64,000 nucleotides of DNA from Bradyrhizobium sp. Its GTDB lineage: Bacteria > Pseudomonadota > Alphaproteobacteria > Rhizobiales > Xanthobacteraceae. Under the pieces are notes generated by a model that was not told the origin of the DNA, searched no databases, and saw nothing but the letters and a program-made list of their open reading frames with translations. The stretch covers positions 3,207 to 67,206 of the forward strand of contig JAKFVP010000375.1 of the NCBI GenBank assembly GCA_021732175.1, written 5' to 3'. The position numbers and the translations under genes were made by a program. Below, piece after piece: positions 41,679-51,571 of the stretch. Positions within the stretch are counted from its first letter, which is position 1; the number at the start of each line of letters is the position of its first letter.

Positions 41679-41707
41679 TGCCGAAGATGAAGGGACAATT
41701 CTCGGCA
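41679..41707. promoter_or_regulatory. Candidate FseA-binding inverted repeat upstream of rdfS
   Basis: TGCCGA-N17-TCGGCA between the fseA stop and rdfS. Confidence 0.5.
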
Positions 41708-41715
41708 CCCCTTCC

Positions 41716-42487
41716 TTATTCCTTGCGAGGTGGCGGACGAAGCAATGCGCGATAGCCACCGCGCATCAGCGCTAAGCCGGCCTGCACCAGGCGGATGGTC
41801 CGGCTGCGCAACTCGTGAGTTTTCCAAGCGCGTTCGGGGATGCGTTTTTGGCCGAATAGCACCTCGGCGATCGCCCGATAGGAGGCGCCATCCATGCGCC
41901 CATCGAGGGCGCGCAGCGCCAAGGCTAGTCGTTCGCGCCGCTGTGCCGAAAGCTGATGAAAAGGAGGTCCTGGCGGCCGGCCGTTGATGGCGCGCCACAG
42001 CCGATGTGAGGCATGCGCGCGGATCTCGAAGTCCGGGTCGAGCGGCAGCTCGGCCGCGTAAGAGGCACCCACCTGCGGGGCCTCTTTCAGCCATAGCTGA
42101 TGTTGCGCTCCCTGAATGCATAACACGGCATGCCAGCCGTCCGATGCCTGTCTAATGCTGCCCGATGCAAGCTCGGTAATCGGCAGCATCGGGACGGCGG
42201 TTTGTGCGACAGACGCGCTCCGTGCGACGGGCACCACTGTAGGACAAGCCTCGGGCGCCCAGAAGATCGTCTGTTCGTAGAAGGACCCCTTCGGGTCATG
42301 AGCGAAAGCAGACGCCCCATCTCCTTCGGAATTCGGAAGGTACTCGCCCATCCTTCGATCGAGCGTCACGGTAGGCAATTCGATAATTGGGACTTCGCCG
42401 GAGTGACTCCCAGGCGAAATCCGCCATCTCCCCTGACTTGATGGCGTGCTGATACGCTGCCGGCGAGCGCCAGTCGAACTCGGACAT
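41716..42487 (-). CDS. fseA: FseA-like activator (msi172/msi171-type, DUF2285) produced by +1 ribosomal frameshift
   Basis: ORF1 ..FAWESLRRSPNY..RWGVCF; site TGG GGC GTC TGC TTT CGC (42302-42319); +1 frame continues FAHDPK..LRALDG..SYRAIAEVLFG..GGYRALL. Confidence 0.85.
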
Positions 42488-42647
42488 TGCTCTGATCCCC
42501 TGCCGTAAGGCGATTGCGACGAAATTTCTATAAAGCCTTTGGTTGTTAGGGAAGTCACCAATTGTGCATTGCGTGATGCGTGCAGGCGATCACGCTGGCA
42601 GCGGAGAAATCCATTCTCAATTGCGAATTCTAACCGACAGATTCTTG

Positions 42648-42926
42648 CTATTTGGTCGCACCGCCACGAAGCAATCCGCGGTAACCGTGGTCAGCCATCC
42701 ATTTTGCTCGCGCCAAGTGACTATCAAACGCACTGCGAGCGCGCGACGGTTCGCGATCCGGGTCGATATGCAACACGATCCGAGCAACTTCCTTCCAGTT
42801 GGCGCCGTCGGCCTCGGCATCGAGAAGACGCCAATACGTCACCAGATGCTGTTCATCGTAGCTCGTGAGCATCGGATCATCCGGAGCTGAGTCGGCGACA
42901 TCAGGATCAAGTGGCGGGGTCTGCAA
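42648..42926 (-). CDS. qseM: QseM-like antiactivator (short DUF2285)
   Basis: LTSYDEQHLVTYWRLLDAEADGANWKEV..HLARAKWM..GYRGLL; TTG start with AAGGAG RBS. Confidence 0.85.
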   Translation of the reverse strand: MQTPPLDPDVADSAPDDPMLTSYDEQHLVTYWRLLDAEADGANWKEVARIVLHIDPDREPSRARSAFDSHLARAKWMADHGYRGLLRGGATK

Positions 42927-43125
42927 CCAACAACTCCTTGAGCGATTTTGGTCCCTGCGCGTAGTTATATCCACACAACTGCCATAATGTTATCAAGTCC
43001 AGCATAAAATTCCTCAGAACGATTAGCTATTCGACTAGTCGCGGTCCGCGCACGTCGCTGCTAATCGCACCTCCGCGTATTATAACACGTAGCGCCAAAA
43101 TACGCGATTGCTTCCTATCCTGCGG

Positions 43126-43353
43126 ATGGACATTCGCAAGGTCTTTGGAGCAAATGCGCGTCGATTTCGCTTGGCCCTGGGCCTAAGTCAGGAGGCCGTT
43201 GCAGAACGTATGGGCGTCGATCGCGCCTTCATCAGCAGCATGGAGCGAGGGTTGCAAAATGTGACCCTCCTTACAATGTGGCAAGTTTCTCAGGCACTTG
43301 AAATTCGACCTGCAGAATTGCTCGACGAGAAAGCCTCGAAGATCCGTTCCTGA
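43126..43353 (+). CDS. qseC: XRE-family HTH regulator (QseC-like)
   Basis: FGANARRFR..LSQE.VAERMGVDRAFISSMERG.QNVTL; divergent from qseM. Confidence 0.75.
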   Translation: MDIRKVFGANARRFRLALGLSQEAVAERMGVDRAFISSMERGLQNVTLLTMWQVSQALEIRPAELLDEKASKIRS

Positions 43354-43454
43354 TCTTTCGCTACGAGGCGGCAAGACAGCCGAAGCGGCATGCAAATCTT
43401 CATAAAGAAGTGCCCCGCCCGAACAGGTCGGGCGGGGTTTGGCGGAGGTGAGTC

Positions 43455-43775
43455 TCACTCGCCGTTCTTCCGCGGCCGCGACCAGAGCAGAGTGTAGCCT
43501 TCGCCACCTTCGTCATCCAACAGGTTCGCGTAGATCGGTGCGTTGAACGAGGGATCGTCGAGCTTGAGCGAGAGGTAGTCGCGGCCCTCTTCCGAGCGCT
43601 TCGACCAGGCTGCCCCGATCTCCGCGCGGCCCACGTAGATGCGGTGGCTGGGGGCGTTGTCGTTGGACCGGTTCGTCTCGGCGACGATACGGACGCCCTT
43701 GGCCTGCAGGCTCAGAGTGACGATCTCGCCCTGGAAATCGTTGCCGACCTTCTTGAAAGAACCGATGTTAGCCAT
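43455..43775 (-). CDS. DUF736 family protein
   Basis: MANIGSF..GEIVTLS..NAPSHRI..EIGAAW..YLSLKLDDPSFNAPIYANL. Confidence 0.9.
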   Translation of the reverse strand: MANIGSFKKVGNDFQGEIVTLSLQAKGVRIVAETNRSNDNAPSHRIYVGRAEIGAAWSKRSEEGRDYLSLKLDDPSFNAPIYANLLDDEGGEGYTLLWSRPRKNGE

Positions 43776-43814
43776 GTCACTTCTCCTGTTGTGTTTCGAG
43801 CCCGCGACCACCGC

Positions 43815-44020
43815 GGCCTCGATGGCGATCTAGAGGCCGAGGACGATCGGCGACGCACCCGCTTGCGGGCCATAGCGCAGCGGAGGACGTGGTTGTGGCG
43901 ACTTTCTTGCCTCGCGAGGAATGGGCGCAGCCCAGGGGAAGAAAGTCACATCAACGGCGTTGCGGCTCAGATGATCGAGGCGAAGCCGGTCTTCGGCCAG
44001 ATCAAGCCATCAATGAGGCC
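43815..44020. repeat. Nested inverted-repeat leader upstream of DUF736
   Basis: Outer GGCCTCGATGGCGATC / GATCAAGCCATCAATGAGGCC; inner GACTTTCTT / AAGAAAGTC. Confidence 0.65.
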
Positions 44021-44104
44021 ACGTGCGTACGCGTGCTGAACCGCAATTTCAGGAGAAGACGTGGCGTATCTCGGTTCTGCTGAACAAGAGGTCGGAACGG
44101 TTCA

Positions 44105-44119
44105 GCGTAGGAAAAGAAA
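44105..44119 (-). promoter_or_regulatory. Repeated motif copy 3
   Basis: GCGTAGGAAAAGAAA. Confidence 0.5.
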
Positions 44120-44181
44120 CAATCTGCTGCAAAGGGCGGTATCGCCTCCGAAGGAATGATCAAGAGCACGCCGGCCGTGGC

Positions 44182-44355
44182 AATGTGGGCCTAGCAGGAA
44201 TCTGCGCGGCTTGGTCGATGCACTTCGAGGAGGACTGCACCCCTCCCCGCTCATGTCCCGATGGTCCCTCGTTCAACGAACTGATCTACGCAAACCTGTT
44301 CGACGACGAAGGCGGTGAACGGTCATCGCTCGCGCGTGGCGGCCGTAAGAATTGG
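44182..44355 (+). pseudogene. Inverted, degenerate copy of the DUF736 3' half
   Basis: VGLAGICAAWS..EE..DGPSFNELIYANLFDDEGGE vs VGRAEIGAAWS..EE..DDPSFNAPIYANLLDDEGGE. Confidence 0.75.
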
Positions 44356-44802
44356 CGGAGACCTCTCCACCGCCCCAACCGGCTCGAACGGGCGGGCCTC
44401 CACGAAAACGGTGAGGCGCGTCCACGCCGTGCCGGCAACGCAAACCGCACCCAGGCAAGCGAAAACCGCACGCCAGCCCGGCGAAGGCATCCCGATCTGC
44501 GAGAGGGCGTAAACCAGATGGTAGCCAGCGGCGGCGGCGGGAACAGCGAATGCGGTCGCGACCGCAGTGCGCAAGGTCAACGACCGGGTAACGGCGACGG
44601 CGATCTGACCGAGGACAAGCGTCAGCGCGCCACCCGCCGTTCCGATAAGCAGCGCACCGACGACGCCGGCGCCGCTTTGCAACGCCGTCATCCCAATGCT
44701 CAGCGCGACAAAAAACGGCAAGGCGTACACTGCGAGCGCGAAGATCGCCCAGCAGAACAAACCGATGCCGATTGTGTTGAGAACAAGCCCAAGGGCGAGC
44801 AT
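44323..44802 (-). CDS. Hypothetical ICE membrane protein
   Basis: Multiple TM segments; FALAVYALPFF, FAVPAAAAGY. Confidence 0.75.
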   Translation of the reverse strand: MLALGLVLNTIGIGLFCWAIFALAVYALPFFVALSIGMTALQSGAGVVGALLIGTAGGALTLVLGQIAVAVTRSLTLRTAVATAFAVPAAAAGYHLVYALSQIGMPSPGWRAVFACLGAVCVAGTAWTRLTVFVEARPFEPVGAVERSPPILTAATRER

Positions 44803-44938
44803 GGTGGTGGCTCCATGTGCATAGATTTGCCAGTCGCGCCTTCCACCACCACCACGGCGCAACTTCAGACATAGGATCGAAACGAGGCGGAGTTGCGGCG
44901 CATGCAATTCCGCCTTGATCGTTTGTAGGTGAGAAGGC

Positions 44939-45862
44939 TCACGCGCCGCCGAACCTCCAGACGGGGATGCCGAGCCGCTTTGCTTTGTCGGCGAGGTTGT
45001 CCTGGATTCCCGTGCCCGGGAAGTGCATGACGCCGATCGGCAGCAATTCGAGCATGGCGTCGTTGCGCTTGAAGGGCGCTGCCTTGGCGTGTTTCGTCCA
45101 GTCGGGCTTGAAGGCGATTTGAGGCGCCTTGCGGCTGGTCGCCCATTTGGAAGCGATCAGTTCGGCCCCCTTGGGTGAGCCGCCGTGGATCAAGACCATG
45201 TCGGGATGCTTGGCATGAACCTTGTCGAGGCGATCCCAGATCAGATGATGGTCGTTGAAATCGAGCCCGCCGGTGAGTGCGATCTTCGGTCCCGGCGGCA
45301 ACATGACTTCGGCCTCGGCTCGACGCTTGGCTGCGATGAAGTCGCGGGAGTCGATCATCGCTGCGGTCAGCGTGCGGTGATTCACCAGTGAGCCCGATCG
45401 GGGACGCCAGGACGAGCCGGTGTGAGTCTCGAAGCGCTCTGTGGCATGGTCGCGGAAGAGTTCGAGACAGTTGCGCCGCTCGATCAGCGTAATGCCTTCC
45501 GCCGTCAGACGCTCGAGTTCGACCGATCGCACTTCGGAGCCATTCTGTTCACGCTGGCTCTTCTGCTGCGCCTGTTCGTTATCGTCGAGTTGGCGCCCGA
45601 TGCGGTCGACGGCACGATGGAACAGGTTGACGGTCGACCAGAGCAGATCGTCAAGGTCCGGTTCAAGCCGCGTGTCCCTCAACGTGGCGACCATGGCATC
45701 GAAGATATCGGCGACAGCGACGGCGATCATCTTGCCCTCGGGAAGCGGTCGTGGATCGGGCTGGTCGTCGAACGGGCGGTAGCCGAAGAGTTGCATTTCG
45801 GTGAGAACGACTTCGGTCGGAGATGCTGCCTGCGTCGGTTCGATATCGTCGTGGTCGGTCAT
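44939..45862 (-). CDS. DUF2493 / SLOG-domain protein
   Basis: KIALTGG.DFND..VLIHGGSPKGAE..FKPDW..AAPFKRND..FPGTGI. Confidence 0.8.
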   Translation of the reverse strand: MTDHDDIEPTQAASPTEVVLTEMQLFGYRPFDDQPDPRPLPEGKMIAVAVADIFDAMVATLRDTRLEPDLDDLLWSTVNLFHRAVDRIGRQLDDNEQAQQKSQREQNGSEVRSVELERLTAEGITLIERRNCLELFRDHATERFETHTGSSWRPRSGSLVNHRTLTAAMIDSRDFIAAKRRAEAEVMLPPGPKIALTGGLDFNDHHLIWDRLDKVHAKHPDMVLIHGGSPKGAELIASKWATSRKAPQIAFKPDWTKHAKAAPFKRNDAMLELLPIGVMHFPGTGIQDNLADKAKRLGIPVWRFGGA

Positions 45863-45899
45863 GGAAGAGGTCCTTTGCCGGATCGGCCGCGCCCATCGC

Positions 45900-46121
45900 G
45901 GCCTTCGTGGCGATCACTCAGGCGGCGGGCGGAACGGGCCAGAACCCGAAGGGCGAAGCGGCAGCGGAGGATGGCGGAGGCCGGCTATTTTGCTTCGCGA
46001 TGCAAAGCGCGCCGGCCAGGTGGCTAGTGTGTCTTCTCATCGCCTGCGCGCGGCGGAAAATAGCCGGACGCAGCCATTGCCGGCCCGGGCTGCTTGCCGT
46101 CCGATCGCCCTCTAGAAGGCC
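45900..46121. repeat. Nested inverted-repeat leader upstream of DUF2493
   Basis: Outer GGCCTTCGTGGCGATC / GATCGCCCTCTAGAAGGCC; inner CCGGCTATTTT / AAAATAGCCGG. Confidence 0.65.
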
Positions 46122-46190
46122 GAGGTCGCGCGCTCTTCCGGCATTGGCCTCGCCACGACCGACCTGTCGACGTCGATCGAAATACCCCGG

Positions 46191-47255
46191 CTATTCCGCC
46201 GCTACCGTCGATGAATGCAGGAAGTGGACGATGTCCTCCGGTACGAGTTGAAGCCGCAACGCTGCCCGGAGGGCCTCAAGACCGAAGATGTGCAGATCTT
46301 CGTTGAAGTCGCCTAGCCGAGGCGACAATGCGATCGCTTCAACGCCGGCGCCTTCCGCGCGCTGAGTAAGGGTCACCTGTACAGTATCTCCGGCAGCATC
46401 GGCATCACGAGCGATATAGAGCCGACGCAGGCCAGCTGGCAGCAACATCGCTGAGAGGTGATTGGCCGAAAGCGCTGCGGCCATGGGCAAGGTCGGCAGC
46501 ACGCAACGCAGCGAGAGCATGGTCTCGATACCCTCGCCGGCTGCGAGCACGTCGTCCACCACGCCGAAGCGAACGGCGTTGCCGAGCAGGTCGCCCATGG
46601 CCCGCCGTGGCGTGTCGATCGGAGCCTTGCCGAGCCGCACGCGATCAAAGCCATCCGGATCGAGCCAGGTGCGGTGCGCGCCGGTGATCCGTCCATCGAG
46701 ATTCGTGACGCAGGCTATCATCGCCGGCCAGGTTTCGGTCGGCAAATGCTCGTCCGGCCGATAGTAGCAACGTGGGTGGAAGCGGAGGCTCCCACCATGG
46801 TGAATATGGGCTATTCCGCGCCGCTGCAAATACGTCTCGACAACCGTCCCTTCAATCGAGCCGGACATCGCAAAGAGCCGACGAGCCGCCTCTTGCGACC
46901 CGGCCGGCGCAAGCGAACGAATGGGTTTCGGGGCCGGTTGCGGCTCAAGACGGGGCAGCTTCAGAAAGCGCCTCGCCTCCTCAGCAACCTCGCGGAAATC
47001 GCGCAAACCCCGGCACTGTCGGATAATGTCGAGGAGATCGCCATGTTCCCCGGTCGCGGCATCTGTCCACTTGCCGGCGCGACCCTTCGACGATCCCTGC
47101 AGTCGCACGAACAGCGAGCGGCCCGGCGTGTTATTGATGTCGCCGACTACCCAATACCGCCCCGCCCGCTTGCCATTGGACAGATAGTGCCGGCACACCG
47201 CCTCGGCCTCGCGCGCGAGACGGCCTGCTAGTTCGGAAGGCTCTCGGGACATCAC
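46191..47255 (-). CDS. Toprim-domain (primase-like) protein
   Basis: GKWTDAATGEHGDLLD, GAHRTWL, AGEGIET, IARDAD, DFNEDL. Confidence 0.88.
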   Translation of the reverse strand: MMSREPSELAGRLAREAEAVCRHYLSNGKRAGRYWVVGDINNTPGRSLFVRLQGSSKGRAGKWTDAATGEHGDLLDIIRQCRGLRDFREVAEEARRFLKLPRLEPQPAPKPIRSLAPAGSQEAARRLFAMSGSIEGTVVETYLQRRGIAHIHHGGSLRFHPRCYYRPDEHLPTETWPAMIACVTNLDGRITGAHRTWLDPDGFDRVRLGKAPIDTPRRAMGDLLGNAVRFGVVDDVLAAGEGIETMLSLRCVLPTLPMAAALSANHLSAMLLPAGLRRLYIARDADAAGDTVQVTLTQRAEGAGVEAIALSPRLGDFNEDLHIFGLEALRAALRLQLVPEDIVHFLHSSTVAAE

Positions 47256-50200
47256 GCGGCCTCCCGTTCACCAATGCGCGCCACCGGATAGCTGTCGAGC
47301 ACCTTCGAAAGGATCTCCGCGCCGCTTGCGTCCGTGGGCACGAACATGCGCAGCTTCCAGGAGATGATTTCCCCAAAGAGGCCGTAAGCCCGCAGTCGAT
47401 CGCGCATTGTGTCGTTGAATCCCGACAGTTCGATGCGGTATGCGCCCATCACCCGGACACGGCGCAGCTGGAGTCCCTCCGCAAGGTCGAGAATGGTCCG
47501 TCCGTCCATCAGCGCGGCGAAGGCAGCGTCCGGCGTCAGCGCGGGCGCATCCGCCGCAAGGACGTTTGCGACCCAGGCGGCAGAAACCTTGCGGCCAATG
47601 ATGCGTTCGCCCGCATCAGTCTGAAGTCGATAGACCCGGGTCGATTCGTTCGGAAGCCGCTTCCAGATGGGTAGCAGCAGGCCCGCCACGACGTGGATCG
47701 TCCTTTCCGTGAACTCGGGGACCTCGGCAAGCTCCGCTAGCCAGGCCGCAGCAAAGCGTTCTTGGTCCGCCTCGGCCCAATGGCTCTCCGCCATCATGTT
47801 CAAGGGGACTTTGTGCTGCTCCATCGGCCGGATCAGGCGGACGCGCCGCTCGATCTCGCCGTCGTCGAGCATGACGCTCGCCGCCGGCACCTGCACGGCG
47901 GCTCGTCCCGAGCGCTCATTGATCAGCAGGACAGCACGACGATCGGAAAGACGATCGAGAGCGTCATCCAGGCTCACTGCATGGTTGCGCTGGCGCTGGG
48001 TGATCGTGAGTAGCCCGGTCTCGGCGCCAGTGCCGGGATGGACGTAAATCGTCCGCCGGTTGGTGACGACAAAGCTTTCGGCGCGAAGCGTTTCCAGCCC
48101 GACGTCGTAGGTACCCGACGCAACCGCGCCTTCGATCCGAGCCGTCAAGAGCTGCTCGAAAGCGGTGAACAGGACGTTCTGCAGGTCGATGGTGAGCGCG
48201 AGCAATCTGTTCAGGAAGGTCGTGATCGGCGGCAGCTCAGCCCTGAGCCCGTTGGCATCTGTCAGCTTCAGGCCGGTCGCATCCTCGAACCTTTCGAGCG
48301 AGCATCCCTCAACCTTGCCTCGCGCAAGCAGCGTATAGAGTTGACGCAAGGCATCACGCCCGTACTGGCTTTCGAGATTGTCCTCGGGCCGGAACAGACC
48401 CTGCCCTCCGGTCTGGCGTTGGCCGCGCGTAATAGCACCCAGTGTGTCGAGCCGGCGCGCAATGGTGCTGAGAAAGCGCTTTTCGGCCTTCACATCGGTT
48501 GCGATCGGCCGGAACAGCGGCGGTTGCGCCTGGTTGGTCCGGTTGGTCCGGCCGAGCCCCTGGATCGCGGCGTCGGCCTTCCAGCCGGGCTCTAGCAGGT
48601 AATGAACCCGCAAACGGCGATTTCGGGCCGACAGTTCGGCGTGGTAACTCCTCCCCGTGCCACCCGCGTCGGAGAAAACGAGGATACGCTTGACGTCGTC
48701 CATGAAGGCCGATGTCTCAGCGAGGTTCGCCGAGCCTGCGCGGTTTTCAACCACCAGCCGGTCACCCTTGCGAACGATCCGGCGCGAGCGACCGGTCACT
48801 TCGGCGACCAAGTCGGTGCCGAAGCGCTGTACGACCTGATCCAGCGCGCCGGGTACCGGCGGCAACGAGGCGAGCTTCTCGATCAAACTGTCACGGCGGG
48901 CGACGGCCTCCCGGCTCTCGACCGGCTGGCCGTCGCGATAGACAGGCCGGGAGCAGAGATTACCCTCCGAGTCGGTGAAGGGCTCGTAGAGCTGGACCGG
49001 AAAGGAATGGGCGAGATAGTCGAGCACATATTCGCGAGGGGTGATGTCGACCTGGACGTCGCTCCACTCCTCGGTCGGAATCTCGGCGAGCCGACGCTCC
49101 ATCAGCGCTTCGCCTGTCGATACGATCTGGATCACGGCGGCATGACCCGCGTCGAGATCGCGCTCGATCGATCGGACCAGCGACGGCGTCTTCATCGAAG
49201 TCAGGAGATGACCGAAGAAGCGCTGTTTTGCGCTCTCAAAGGCGGATCGTGCGGCGGATTTGGCTTGGCCATTCAACGTGCCCGTCTCGCCGGTGATGTT
49301 GGCGGCCCGCATCGCGGCATCGAGATTGTTGTGAATGACGCTGAACGCATCGGCATAGGCGTCGTAGATGCGAACCTGCTCCGGCGTAAGCTGGTGCTCA
49401 ACGAGGTCGTACTCGACGCCCTCATAAGAGAGCGATCGCGCCGCGTAGAGACCGAGCGCCTTGAGATCACGCGCCAGCACCTCCATGGCCGCGACGCCAC
49501 CCTCCTCGATCGCTTCGACGAACTCGGCACGGGTGGCGAACGGGAAGTCAGAGCCGCCCCAAAGGCCGACGCGTTGAGCATAAGCGAGGTTGTGGACCGT
49601 GGTCGCGCCCGTCGCCGATACATAAACCACGCGAGCATTCGGCGACGCGTGCTGGAGCCTCAGGCCCGCGCGCCCCTGCTGAGAGGCCGCCTGGTCGCCG
49701 CGCTCGCCTTTACTCCCGACCGCATTCTGCATGGCGTGGCTCTCGTCGAAGACGATCACTCCGTCGAAGTCGGAGCCCAACCATTCAACGATCTGCCTGA
49801 CACGCGAAAGCTTTTCGCCGCGCTCGTCGGTCCGCAGCGTGGCGTAGGTGGTAAAAAGGATACCTTCCGAGAGTCGGATCGCCGTGCCCTGGCGGAACCG
49901 AGACAGCGGCGTCACAAGCAGCCGCTCCATGCCAAGCGCGGACCAGTCGCGCTGCGCGTCCTCGATAAGCTTGTCGGACTTGCTGATCCAGACCGCACGG
50001 CGGCGGCCCTTGAGCCAGTTGTCGAGCAAGATTCCGGCGACCTGCCGCCCCTTGCCCGCGCCGGTGCCATCGCCCAAAAACCAGCCGCGGCGAAAGCGGA
50101 CGGCATTCTTGGCGTCGTCACGCGCGGCAGCCACGACGTCAAAAGTCGCATCGACGGTCCAGGAACCCGCAAGAAACTCGGAATGCGCTTCGCCGGCATA

Positions 50201-51571
50201 GATGATACTCTCGAGCTGCGCGTCCGACAGAAGTCCATCTGCCACCAGACTCGAAAGCAGGTGCGGACGGTAGGTCGGTTTCGGTGGCGCAACGGATGCC
50301 ATCGCTGCGGACTGCACGAGTTTGGTCGGATGTGCGCACGATCCGGGAATACGGATCGACTGCAATCCGTATTCCTCATAAAGCGCATCGGTCATTCGGG
50401 CGCCTTCCGGCGGCGACCATTCGACCGTCTCGTAGATCAGCTCTACTTCTGGCGCTGCGCCGCTCGAAGTGGACGATGGGCGTGGCGAAGAGACGCCGAC
50501 CGATCGCGATATCGGAGGGCGCTTGGTGACGTCGACCACTACCGGCGTGACAACGGGTAGCCTCGGAGGCACCTGCTGTGTCACCCAGTCAAGCAAGGTG
50601 GCGACATCGCTCACCATGCCTGGCGAAGCAGGAAAAACCTTCGGATCTGCGGCGGGCTGCTTGTCGATCACAAGCAGCCTCGTGTCCGTCTGAGTTCCGT
50701 GCTTGGCGTAGACGGCTCCGTCGATGGCGGCAGAAAACACCACCCGCCCGCGTTCCTGGAGGCGAACGAAAGCATCGGTCCATACCGGGTTATCCGGCGC
50801 AAGGTTCTCGCCGGTGATAGCGACGAGACGACCGCCGTCGCAAAGGCGTGCCAGGGCTGAAGCGATGTGCCGGACAACCGCGTCCGACATCCGTCGATCG
50901 ACATTCGCCACCGCCGAGAACGGCGGGTTCATCAGGACGACGCTCGGTACGACACTCGCATCGAGGTGGTCATCGATCTGGGCGGCGTCGAAGCGCGTGA
51001 CTTTAGTATTGGCGAACAGATGGTCGAGCAGTGCCGCGCGGGCCTCGGCCAACTCGTTCAACATCAGGGCGCCGCCGGCGAGCTCCGCAAAGATGGCGAG
51101 CAAGCCGGTTCCCGCGGAGGGCTCCAGAACGCGATCAGCCGGCGTAATGCCGGCTGCGGTACATGCTGCCAGCCCAAGCGGGATCGGCGTTGAGAACTGC
51201 TGAAACGCCTGACTGTCCTCGGAGCGTCGCGTATGGGTCGGCAGACAGCTCGCGATTCTCGCAAGCATCGGCAGCATGGCAGCGGTCGAGCCAGCCTTGG
51301 CCCGGATGGCCGGGCCGAACTTGCGAAGGAACAGAATGGTTGCCGCCTCGCAGACGTCATAGGCAGTCTTCCAATTCCAGGCGCCGGCCGCGTCCGAGGC
51401 GCCGAAGGCGGCCTCCATGGCGCTTCGCAGAACGGCGGCATCAATGCGACGGCCGCGTTCGAGATCGGTCAGGAGTTGTCGGGCGGCCCTGACGGCGGCA
51501 GAGGTGAGACTTGCAGCGGCACGCATCGAGAGCGGCGCGGCGGCGGCGCCGCCGGCAAGAGATTCGGTCAT
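47252..51571 (-). CDS. Methyltransferase / strawberry-notch helicase-like protein
   Basis: QFSTP, LEPSAGTG, MNPPF, GDGTGAGKGR, FDESH, QGLGRTNR. Confidence 0.92.
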   Translation of the reverse strand: MTESLAGGAAAAPLSMRAAASLTSAAVRAARQLLTDLERGRRIDAAVLRSAMEAAFGASDAAGAWNWKTAYDVCEAATILFLRKFGPAIRAKAGSTAAMLPMLARIASCLPTHTRRSEDSQAFQQFSTPIPLGLAACTAAGITPADRVLEPSAGTGLLAIFAELAGGALMLNELAEARAALLDHLFANTKVTRFDAAQIDDHLDASVVPSVVLMNPPFSAVANVDRRMSDAVVRHIASALARLCDGGRLVAITGENLAPDNPVWTDAFVRLQERGRVVFSAAIDGAVYAKHGTQTDTRLLVIDKQPAADPKVFPASPGMVSDVATLLDWVTQQVPPRLPVVTPVVVDVTKRPPISRSVGVSSPRPSSTSSGAAPEVELIYETVEWSPPEGARMTDALYEEYGLQSIRIPGSCAHPTKLVQSAAMASVAPPKPTYRPHLLSSLVADGLLSDAQLESIIYAGEAHSEFLAGSWTVDATFDVVAAARDDAKNAVRFRRGWFLGDGTGAGKGRQVAGILLDNWLKGRRRAVWISKSDKLIEDAQRDWSALGMERLLVTPLSRFRQGTAIRLSEGILFTTYATLRTDERGEKLSRVRQIVEWLGSDFDGVIVFDESHAMQNAVGSKGERGDQAASQQGRAGLRLQHASPNARVVYVSATGATTVHNLAYAQRVGLWGGSDFPFATRAEFVEAIEEGGVAAMEVLARDLKALGLYAARSLSYEGVEYDLVEHQLTPEQVRIYDAYADAFSVIHNNLDAAMRAANITGETGTLNGQAKSAARSAFESAKQRFFGHLLTSMKTPSLVRSIERDLDAGHAAVIQIVSTGEALMERRLAEIPTEEWSDVQVDITPREYVLDYLAHSFPVQLYEPFTDSEGNLCSRPVYRDGQPVESREAVARRDSLIEKLASLPPVPGALDQVVQRFGTDLVAEVTGRSRRIVRKGDRLVVENRAGSANLAETSAFMDDVKRILVFSDAGGTGRSYHAELSARNRRLRVHYLLEPGWKADAAIQGLGRTNRTNQAQPPLFRPIATDVKAEKRFLSTIARRLDTLGAITRGQRQTGGQGLFRPEDNLESQYGRDALRQLYTLLARGKVEGCSLERFEDATGLKLTDANGLRAELPPITTFLNRLLALTIDLQNVLFTAFEQLLTARIEGAVASGTYDVGLETLRAESFVVTNRRTIYVHPGTGAETGLLTITQRQRNHAVSLDDALDRLSDRRAVLLINERSGRAAVQVPAASVMLDDGEIERRVRLIRPMEQHKVPLNMMAESHWAEADQERFAAAWLAELAEVPEFTERTIHVVAGLLLPIWKRLPNESTRVYRLQTDAGERIIGRKVSAAWVANVLAADAPALTPDAAFAALMDGRTILDLAEGLQLRRVRVMGAYRIELSGFNDTMRDRLRAYGLFGEIISWKLRMFVPTDASGAEILSKVLDSYPVARIGEREAA

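Noticed and set aside
48602-50560. 652-aa + strand ORF
   Set aside because: Antisense shadow of the strawberry-notch gene
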